DNA from: Anthoceros angustus
Taxonomy: Eukaryota > Plantae > Anthocerotophyta
Direction: 5' to 3'
NCBI GenBank assembly: GCA_010909165.1
Contig: MU008160.1
Span: forward strand, 682,001-746,000
DNA: 64,000 nucleotides
In this document: one piece after another, positions 49,953-60,002 of the stretch
Layout: every line of letters begins with the position of its first letter
How positions within the stretch are numbered: the first letter of the stretch is position 1
Made by a program: the position numbers and the translations under genes
Notes under the pieces: generated by a model
What the model was told of the DNA's origin: nothing
Database searches by the model: none
The model's input: the letters and a program-made list of their open reading frames with translations, nothing else

Positions 49953-52915
49953 TCATGGTCGACCCTTACAACTGCAAAAGCCATTTGTGAATCGATGCAC
50001 GCGGTACCCATCCCTTACAACAATGTCTCTCTGTTCAAGCCTTGACATGATCTCCGTAGAACTGTGACAGTCGCTGCACATGCGTAGATTCTTCGTTACA
50101 ACCAGACGTGTCCCACTCGGAGTGTTCAACAGACCATAAGCCAGAGCTAGCTTCTCAGCATGCCCACAAAGCACATCTTCCTTTTCCTTCTCACACAGTG
50201 GCTTCAACACCAACTTTGTGTGGGCTACATGGCCTCCCTCCTGTTTCAGACGAGCATTCGTGCGCTCTGCTTTCTGCGCAATGTCCTCCCTCCTTTCTCC
50301 CACCAGAAATTTGTGTACATGCTTATTCACCTCAATGCTCGCGACTGCAGGTTTCTTATTGGCTCTTGCTTCCATTCTCTGTGTTTCAATCCTGTCTACG
50401 TCGGTCCACCTACCTGCATCTGCGTAGGCATTGGCCATGAGCACATACGCAGATGCCCTCTGGGGGTCCAGCCTAACAATGCTCTCAAAACACCATGTCG
50501 CTCTGTTTATATCCCCGTGACTTTTGCAGGCATTCAACAAAGATGTCAAGCCCACAACATTACTTTGCCCCTCACATGAAAATAGCATCGTCTCTGCCTC
50601 ATCTAAAAGGCCTGCACGCCCAAGAAGGTCAATCATACAATTGTGATGCTCAATAGTAGGTTTGATGCCATGCAGTTCAGCCATGGAACCATAGAGCTTG
50701 CGACCCTCATGCACCAGTCCCACATGACTGCACGCTGCTAAAAGGCAAGTAAAAGTAGCATCATCAGGCATAATACCACAAACTAACATCTCCTCAAAAC
50801 AAGCTAGTGCTCTGAGACCATCATCACAAGCACCATACCCAGCTATTAGGGCATTCCATGTCACCACATCCTTTGCGCCCAAGCTGTCAAAAACCTCGCG
50901 TGCATCTTTCAATTCACCACATTTTGCATACATGTCCACCAAGCTGTTGCCCACCACTACATTATCCAGCATTCCTCTTTCAACGATCTGTGAGTGCAGC
51001 CGCCTGCCCTTCTGTAAGGCACCAGTGCTTGCACAGGCCCTTAGAAGGCAAGCAAAAGTGACATGATTAGCCAAACCAGCCCCTCCTGCTCCATTTGTTC
51101 AAACACAACAAGCGCCTCATGGCCGAGTCCTTGCTGTGCATACCCAGCAATCAGGGCAGTCCATGTCACCACATCCTTTGTGGCCAAGCTGTCAAAAACC
51201 TGGCGTGCATCTTCCAGTTCACCACATTTTGCATACATGTCCACCAGGCAGGTGCCCACCAGTACGTTATCCAGCAGTCCTCTCTCCACAATCTGTGAGT
51301 GCAGCTGCCTGCCCTTCTGTAAGGCACCAGTGCTTGCACAGGCCTTCAGAAGGCAAGCAAAAGTAACATGGTTAGCCACAATCAGGCCCTCCTGCTCCAT
51401 TCGTTCATACACAACAAGTGCCTCTTGGCTGAGCCCTTGCTGTGCATACCCAGCAATCAGCGCCGTCCATGTCACCACATCCTTTTTTGCCATCCTTTCA
51501 AAAGCCTGGCGTGCATCTTCCAATACGCCACATTTTGCATACATATCAACCAAGCAGTTGCCAACAAACAAGTTGGAAGTAATGCCACTGCGCAATACAT
51601 CACAGTGAACTTTCCTGCCAGATTCCAAGTCAGCGGCCAAAGCACAAGCTTGCAGTGCAGCTATAAAAACGTGAGCATCTGCCTTCACTCCTGACCTGCG
51701 CATCTCATGGTACAGTTGGATGGCCTCATAAGGTTTCCCATGCTTAGCGTATGCGGAGATTATGGAAGACCACATGAAGGCATCTGGTTTGCCCACCCTT
51801 GTGAGCACATCCATGGCCTCCTGCAGACTACCTCCACATGCATACATGCGCAAGATATGGTTCCCCAAGTATGCATTTGACTCGTACCCAAGTTTGACAG
51901 TGAGATCATGAACTCGTCGGCCCACAACCAAATCATTCTTCGCTGTACACTGTTTTATCACGGTGTACAACAGAGACTGAGAAACAGTAGAGTCTCTCTG
52001 CGCCAGAGACTCCAGGGCTCCAACGGCCTCAGCAAGCTTCCCCTGCTGACACAACATGCTCACGGTTCCAGCCGTTACGACGCCCATTTCTGCCGCTGCA
52101 GGCGTCCCAGATTCAGGCTTGTCCTGCGAGATGGACTTGGAAGGAGAGGCACCATGACCCATCTGCATATCCAAGAAGACGAGCTGCTCATCAACCCAAG
52201 CTGGCTTAAAAAGATTGTTTAACCAAAGGACCTCGCCGGACACCTTCCGCCGGAAATCGGGCGAACGGGAGCTCTTCTTATCTCGTCTGTTGTCCCACCA
52301 CATGGTAGGTTCCAGAAAAAATTGTTGCCACAAGTGCTCCTGCTCCTGGAGACGACCATCACTGGAAAACCCGTCCCGAGCCACACGTTTGATGGGAAGT
52401 GGATGTGCAGGGCTCCTTACACTGCTACACATGGAACCCATATCCGATACTTCACGCCTGCCGGGTTCAGGCTCATCCGAATATCTGGACTTAGAAGGAG
52501 AGGCACCATGACCCACCTGCATATCCAAGTGAACGAGCTGCTCATCAACCCAAGCTGGCTTGAACACGTTGTTTAACCACAGGACCTCGCCGGACCTCTT
52601 CCGCCGGAAGTCAGGAATAGGGGAGATATTCGTATGTCGTCTGTTGTCCCACCACTCGCTAGGGTCCAGAAAGAATTGTTGCCACAAGTGCTCCTGCTCC
52701 TGCTCCTGGCGACGACCATCGTTGGAAAACCCGTGCCCGCCCACACATTTTATCGAAAGTTGAAGTGCTGGGCTCCTTACACTGCTGCACTTGGAGGCTT
52801 CGTTTGCCAGGGGTTGACCCCCTAGAGTGAGGTGAGCGGGAGCTCCTGGTAGAATCCCTGCGCACGCACCAATGTGCTGGGTCGACATGGGGTCCAGTTG
52901 CCATAATGTTGCCAT
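49953..52915 (-). CDS. PLS-class PPR protein with two N-terminal OSB-type PDF motifs, ~14 PPR motifs, E1/E2 and a DYW:KP (GRP-type) domain; ~987 aa after fixing a 1-bp deletion at ~51074
   Basis: LWQQFF.P..WWDNR....PDFRRK.SGEVLWL....PAWVDEQL x2; P-L-S repeats; KPAVA, HAEKLALA, KNLRMCSDCH, CSCKGRP. Confidence 0.92.
52120..52790 (-). repeat. Intragenic tandem duplication (~354-360 bp), each unit encoding a PDF motif
   Basis: ggctccttacactgct at 52411 and 52771; gagctgctcatcaacccaagc at 52181 and 52535. Confidence 0.9.
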
Positions 52916-53395
52916 TGTTGTTGAGGGACCGGTGTCCGAAGATGAGCCAGTGGCGACCTGATAAGAACTGGAATACTTCAGCCCGATTCTTCGCGAACGA
53001 CAACTGGGAAGGGTTTAGGAGTTAGTGTTCATGACGGAGAGAAAGGGACACGGGACGAGGCACCTCAGGGCGGACTCCACCGAATACAACCTACACACAG
53101 TGGGAAGGTTTTCCTTCCAGCGTGACACTGGCCATTACAAGATCTTCAAGGGGAGCTGGCCAGCATGGAGCTTTCCGTCCAGAGCTGGATCCGCCACACC
53201 CAGAAGGGGGCCAGCTTCTTGCATCTGCCACACCCAGTCCAGGAGCTATATTCGTGTTTGGGGATTTGCGGTCTCATGCCGCACGCCACATCCAGCGACA
53301 AAACCCTGACAAGGGGTCAGGCACGCCTGAGCCCTAAACTTCGAAGCGTGTTCATGGCGACGGCCGGCCTGTTCCTTGGACTTTGGGGTCCAAGG

Positions 53396-53820
53396 CAGGG
53401 TGTCATTTTGACCGAGTACTAGCTCAGTCCCCGGGACCGCCTAGCCTGGCTACGCTCGGTCCCGGACCGAGCAGGGACCGTGCCTTTTTGCGACCCTTGG
53501 TCATTAAATATAATAAATATTAAATAAATAATTTATAAATAATAATATAAAAGACTGCAGACTGCGGAGTCCGCAGATTGCAGCCCAGCCGGCAGATTGC
53601 AAACTGCGTCCATGATAAGATGTCCATGTGTCCATAATAAATATAAGTCCTTGGATATAAAATTAAGTAATTTATTAATTTTAAACCGAACCTTTTATGA
53701 ACCCTCGGTCCCCAAGGGTAATAGGGGACCGAGGGTGGGACTGACTCTTGAAGAACCTCCGGTCCCATGTTTTTAACACATGCCGACCGGGACAGCTGGG
53801 ACGGTCAAAATGACACCCTG
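53396..53820. mobile_element. hAT-type MITE, 19-bp TIRs, 8-bp TSD GTCCAAGG
   Basis: cagggtgtcattttgaccg (53396-53414) / cggtcaaaatgacaccctg (53802-53820); gtccaagg at 53388-53395 and 53821-53828. Confidence 0.92.
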
Positions 53821-54008
53821 GTCCAAGGCGCCTAGCTTGTCCCCGCAGAGAATGCAGAGTTTCAGACGTCAGAAAGCCACCGCTCAAGATCTCAATCTCC
53901 GAAGCAATCAATGCTTCGCGCGTGTGAAATCTGGCGTGCCTCGCCCATCACGATTCTCTCTCATCATGGTATACTTTAAACGCAACACCATGTACCGGTT
54001 CATACAGG

Positions 54009-54083
54009 ATGTCACTGCCGTATTTTGCCCAGCATGTCACTGCCGTATTTTGCCCAGCATGTCACTGCCGTATTTTGCCCAGC
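54009..54083. repeat. 25-bp perfect tandem repeat x3
   Basis: atgtcactgccgtattttgcccagc x3. Confidence 0.92.
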
Positions 54084-54229
54084 ATGGCACAACCCTAGTA
54101 TGCGCACCCACCACAACAAGGTTGTGCTGTAAACCAACCATGCTTGATTTTAGAACCGAGCGGAGAGTATGAATTGAGCGCGGGGTGTTTCAAACTAAAG
54201 ACGGAAGGTGAGCGATCGTTGGAAGCGAA

Positions 54230-55076
54230 GGCGGAGGCGCGGGGCGGGAGGCCGCGGACGGGCGAGGAGGCCGCGGACGGGCGAGGAGGCCGCGGACGGG
54301 CGAGGAGGCCGCGGACGGGCGAGGAGGGCGAGGACGGGAGGGAGGGCACGGGCCAGGAGGAGGAGGGCGCGGGAGGCCGCGGTGGTGGGGAGGCCGCGGG
54401 CGGGAGGCCGCGGGCGGGCAGGCCACCCTCTTGCGGGAGGCAGGCGGGCGGGGCGAGCCACCCTCTCGCAGCAGCCGCCTCGCGGGAGGCCGTGGGTGGG
54501 CGGCGGGCCTGGGCCACCTCTTGCGGGAAGCCGCGGTGGTGGGGAGGCCGCGGGCGGGGCGAGCCACCCTCTGCGGGAGGCCGCGACAGCGGAAGGCCGC
54601 TGTCTCGCGGGAAGCGCGATCGCCCGCCCGCCTCGGGGGAGGCCGTGGGTGGGCGGGCAGCCGCCTCGAGGCCACCCTCTGCGGGAAGCCGCGGTGGTGG
54701 GGAGGCCGCGGGCGGCGGGCAGGCCACCCTCTGGGAGGCCGCTGGGAGGCCGCGACGGGCGAGGAGGCCGCGGGCGGGAGGCCGTGGGTGGGCGGGCAGC
54801 CGCCTGGGCCACCTCTTGCAGGGAGGCCACGGGTGGTGGGGAGGCAGCAGGCGGGCGGGGCGAGCCACCCTCTGGGAGGCCGCGGGCGGGAGGCCGCGAC
54901 GGGCGAGGAGGCCGCGGACGGGCGAGGAGGCCGCGACGGGCGAGGAGGCCGCGGACGGCGAGGAGGCCGCGGACGGGCGGGAGGCCGCGACGGGCGAGGA
55001 GGCCGCGGGCGGGCAGGCCACCCTCTGGGAGGCCGCGGGCGGGAGGCCGCGGACGGGCGAGGAGGCCGCGGACGGG
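54230..55076. repeat. GC-rich minisatellite (ggcgaggaggccgcggacg and gccaccctct units)
   Basis: Directly visible; second array at 55880-56902. Confidence 0.9.
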
Positions 55077-55879
55077 CAAGGCAGGGTGTCATTTTGACCG
55101 AGTACTAGCTCAGTCCCTGGACCGCCTAGTTTGGCTACGCTCGGTCCCGGACCGAGCAGGGACTGTGCCTTTTGCGACCCTTGGTCATTAAATATAATAA
55201 ATATTAAATAATAATTTATAAATAATAATATAAAAGACTGCAGACTGGAGTCCGCAGATTGCAGCCCAGCGGCAGAATTGCAAACTGCGTCCATGATAAG
55301 ATGTCCATGTGTCCATAATAAATATAAGTCCTTGGATATAAAATTAAGTAATTTATTAATTTTAAACCGAACCTTTATGAACCCTCGGTCCCCAAGGGTA
55401 ATAGGGGACCGAGGGTGGGACTGACTCTTGAAGAACCTCCGGTCCCATGTTTTTAACACATGCCGACCGGGACAGCTGGGACGGTCAAAATGACACCGGG
55501 TCCAAGGCGCCTAGCTTGTCCCTGCAGAGGAATGTGTATAGAGTTTGACGTCCGCAGGCCTTCGCACTGATCAATCTCCGGCAATCAATGCTTCACGGTG
55601 AACTGGCGTGCCCGCCCCATCACGATTCTCTCTCATCATGGTATACTTTAAACGCAACACCATGTACCGGTTCATACAGGATGTCACGCCAGTATTTTGC
55701 CCAAAGATGTCACTGTATTTTGCCCAGCATGTCACCGCCAGATTTGCCCAAAGATGGCACAACCCTAGTCGCACCCACCACAACAAGGTTGTCTGTAAAC
55801 CAACCATGCTTGATTTTAGAACCGGCGAGAGTATGAATTGAGCGCGGTGTTTCAAACTAAAGACTTCCGGAAGGAGCGA

Positions 55880-56902
55880 GCGCCGTGAAGCCAAGGCGTG
55901 GGGAGGGCGCCAGGGGCGGGGAGGGGAGGAGGGCGCGGGAGCGAGGCAGCGAGGAAGGAGGCGGGCGGGAGGAGGGCGCGAACGGGAGGGGAGGGCACGG
56001 GCCACGGGAGGGGAGGGCAGCTGGGAGGCCGTGACAGGGGAAGGCCGCTGGGAGGCACGGACGGGCGGGCAGGCCACCCTCTGCGGGAGCGGGGCGAGGC
56101 TGCCACCCTCGCAGCGCCTCTCAGGGAGGCCGGGTGGCAGGCCGCCTCCGCGGGCCACCCTCTGGGAAGCCGGGTGGTGGGAGGCCGCTGGCGGGCGGCG
56201 CCACCTCTGCGGGGAGGCCGCGACAAGCGGAAGGCCGGGGGAAGCCGCGGACGCCCGCCCGCGGGGGAGGCCGTGGGTGGGCGGGCGGAGCCGCTCTCGG
56301 CCACCCTCTTGCGAGGAGGCCACGGGAGGCCGCGAGGCGGAAGGCCGCCCGCAGGAGGCCGACGGGCGGCGAGGCAGTGGAGGCCGTGCGGGGCGAGGAG
56401 GCGGACGGGCGAGGAGGCCGCGACGGGCGAGGAGGCTGGACGGGCGAGGAGGCCGCGACGGGCGAGGAGGCGACGGGCGAGGAGGGCGACGGCGAGGAGG
56501 CGCGACGGGCGAGAGGCAGGCAGGCGAGGCGCGGGCGGCGAGGCACGGGAGGCGAGGAGGCAGCGGGCCAGGCGAGAGGCAGCGGGCGGGCGGGCATGCC
56601 ACCCTCTTGCGAGGCCGCGCGGGGCGGGAGGCCGCGGTCGCGGAGGGGCGAGTCGAGGTCGAGGAGGGCGCGGGACGGGCGAGGCCGAGGGCAGCAGGCT
56701 GAGGCTTTGGGCCGAGGGGCACAGCCGAGGCGGGCGAGGGGCGAGGCCAGGCAATGGGCGAGGCCGAGGCGCCGGGCAGGCGAGGCACTGGGCGAGGCCG
56801 AGGCGCCTTTGGGCGAGGCGGCTTGGCGAGGCGAGGCCGAGGGCCTCAGGGCCGAGGTACTGAGGGCCGAGGCAGGCGAGGCCGAGGCGGGCGAGGCGAG
56901 GC
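55880..56902. repeat. GC-rich minisatellite, second array, ending in ggcgaggc units
   Basis: Directly visible. Confidence 0.88.
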
Positions 56903-57249
56903 GCATGATTGGTCGGTTGTGAAGGAAGCGAGGAACGAGATTGCCAAAATCCGTGAGATGCAGACGGCTATTTTAAGAGAAAGAGAAGCATGCCCCATTC
57001 CCCACAATGTGGTAGTAATTATTCATAGGATGTTGCACCAATCAATAGGATTAATCGAACCTTGTCACCGACAAATGTCTATGTCAGATGCTTGTTTTGC
57101 GATTGGGTGTGCTAATTTGTGAAACATGCTAGTGAAGGAGTCCGCTATACAAGGCCGTAAAGAGTCGAACAAATTCCTTAGCCTCGATTGCAAACTTTCA
57201 CCCTCGAAAATTCCTCACCTAATTTTCACCCCTCAAATTTGCAAATGTG

Positions 57250-59440
57250 TGAGAGGTCTCAGACACACAAGCCTTTAGAGACTAACACAAAGGCATCACA
57301 AAGTAACACTTTTTCTTCTTCGGTCTTGAGCGCTCTTCAATGCCCTTGAAACGCACTAACCGTTGGTCCTGGCCATTCAAACAACAAACTCTAATACCGG
57401 TTTATTGCTTGAGGCCTCGTCCACGAGCCGTAACTTCCTAATACGATGTTGTGCTTGTTCCATTATTGCAGACCTCAAACAAAATAGCTTGCTTCCACAA
57501 TGCTTGGAATACCCATGCATTGCATCCAAGTCTCAACGCTTTCCCTTCAACTCCTCCAAGCTACCGGTTGATGGGAAGATGCGATAACAAAGATTGTCAG
57601 ACAGTTGTATCCTGAACATAATTACCATGTGACATCTCATTCTCCAAAACAAGATTTAGGTCAGGTAATGTTCTTCCTCCTTCTTATGCCCGAACATAAG
57701 ATCCATTGGTACACCAAGCAAGGCGCAATAACTGGGAAGTATGTTCAAATATACCACATACCTGTTGCACCTTCACAACATGTTTGCAAATGAATCTTTT
57801 TTGCCCCATCCCACAAGTACAAAATGCCCATGGAAAATGTGCAGCCTCAATGACGTAAACCTTGTCACTATCCTCGAGGACATGCAATATGCAACAAGAG
57901 AGACCCAACTACTGACGGAATATGACAATGCAGGATGGTGCTCGCATGACAAAACATGCTCATATACCTTCTCGAGTTTTAAATTCGCTTGTAACCCCGG
58001 TCTTGGTGAAATCAAGGTACCAGAATGCATACCTCGTTCACAAGTTGATGAAGAAGCCAATCCATACGCCTTCCAACGCCCTTGGTAAAAGATACTCTTC
58101 CTTCAAGAATCGATGAAAGGCCTCCAGCGATGTGGTATCTTGTCCGGGGAAACATCCTGCATTTCTTCAACCACATGTCCGCATAAAGAAATGCGAAACA
58201 TTATTACACACCGACACCATGTAAACATCCATTCAAGCAACCTTACAGACAAAGAAACTAGTGCACTTTGGGCAAAGAATAATACCTATAGAGTCACCCC
58301 ATCTTCTTGAAATACTCAACAAAGGTGGTTGACTTCCATGCCACTCCTTGTAGAAGAACTCTAACAATACCTTACCCCATGACGCACCATCTTGTATTAT
58401 GGCCTCGACATACATGATCTCCGCAAGAGCTGCCCAAATCTTCTTCCTTGCAATAATGCACTTTACCTTCTTTAAAAGGTTTCACGCCAGCCTTCCTTAC
58501 ATGCCATAGACACAACACAACATGTATGTTGGCCCCCATACCGCTTAAAGGCACCTATCTCGCTAAACAATCATCAACTAGGAAGCAACTAGGGACCCAT
58601 GTTGCACATGTTGTAAGAGCGACATGTGAGTGGCGCCAACCATGATACCAAAGAAAGTATAGTAGCCTCGTGTTAGTGCCCAAGCAATCGGAATACCATT
58701 AAGGTGTTGATCAAAACCATCACCGTAAATAAGTGGTACCTATACTTGTTCATACCAAATGTGGCCCATCCATGGCTAAAACACTATTGTTACCATGCTT
58801 GATGAACATCCGCATGAAAGGAGTTTGCAACCCTAAAACAAAAGGTTCACCAGGTTCTGATCTATGGAAGATAAGGTCAGCATTCACTTTGAGCCACATC
58901 TCAGTGGACTTTACATCATCAAGGTCTAGTTTCCACTCACCTGCTTCCACTTGTCGTTTCATGTTCAACACATCCTTGCGTTGCATGTAGTCATCTCGAA
59001 CGTCACTACCACGCTCATGTCCTATGTAGTGACTCATCTTCTCGTACACAACTGCAACATGCCGACGCATAATCTCCGACACAGAAACCTTGCAATAAAG
59101 ACAATGTTTAACCCAATCCTTTTCTCTTCGAGATCCAAGGAGCTCTAGACAATTTAGGGTGTCCCACATCTGGACCATGACGGATATCACCCTCGATCTC
59201 TGCTCCTTCATGAAGAAGGATTTGAGCAACTTCGTGAATAAGCGCAATCGCTTCACAACAAAATTGGCCATACATCCGATCTTCATGCACACATTCTTGG
59301 GTGTGGTAGCAGCTCGGAAATCCTCCGGTCCATATGAACACCAATACCTACATAGAAACACACGATAGCAAATACCAAGATTTGGCTTCAACTTAAGGCA
59401 AAGAAAGCACATGGACAGAGGCCACCAAGCCAGGAAACCC
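57250..59440 (-). mobile_element. Mutator-like (MULE) transposase relic with SWIM zinc finger
   Basis: KIGCMANFVVKRL; FVLGLQTPF...SVLAMD (first catalytic Asp region); VLCLWHVRKA; FCTCGMGQKRFICKHVVKV (SWIM); frameshifted. Confidence 0.82.
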
Positions 59441-60002
59441 AAGTGGTTAGGGAAATTAGTGTAGAGAACTTGGAAGTTGCAGAAGGCACCTGAGATATGT
59501 GATTGCAGTGTCTAAGGATGGCACAGTTCCCTACTAGGAAAGGCAGCCTATGTTACACTTTATGTTAAGATTTGGACCCCTGGATGTAACACTTATGTTG
59601 CAATTTTGGGGTCATGTATAACACAGGCGCTTGTTACACTTTGGCTTGGAAACCAACCGGGTGTTTGTTGCAACCATGTTGCAAGGGTGTTACAATTATG
59701 TTGAGATGAAGTGAGATGCGCTTTTGTCCTCTCTCAAGATTGCAACACGATTGCAACATATAAAGTGTTACAAGAAAAGTCTTGTAACACTTTTGGAGGC
59801 TTAATGCGAACCTCCTCCCCATCTACCTTCCTCCTTTTCTACATTTACCATATAGAATACTTGGTTTCACTTAGTAGCTCGTATGAATACACATATATAA
59901 ATACATGTACGCATACAGTCTTCGTAAAATACTGGTCATGACGATATGTAATATACGATAAATTCCTGTGATATACGATCATATTCCATTTTGTATAAAA
60001 TA

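Larger units (their letters stand above)
53391..56600. repeat. Tandem duplication ~1.7 kb (53391-55076 / 55077-~56600), giving a second MITE copy at 55082-55499
   Basis: caaggcagggtgtc at 53391 and 55077; colinear downstream sequence. Confidence 0.85.

Noticed and set aside
54095-56922. Long Arg/Pro/Ala/Gly-rich ORFs (225-454 aa) in several frames
   Set aside because: Open in most frames because the GC minisatellite lacks stop codons
53830-56990. Possible minus-strand Helitron (TCTCTTTCTCTTAAAA start near 56986)
   Set aside because: No A|T insertion context and no convincing hairpin plus CTRR 3' end found
59540-59795. gttacact/tgtaacac motif cluster as a MULE TIR
   Set aside because: No matching inverted copy or TSD found on the other side of the transposase
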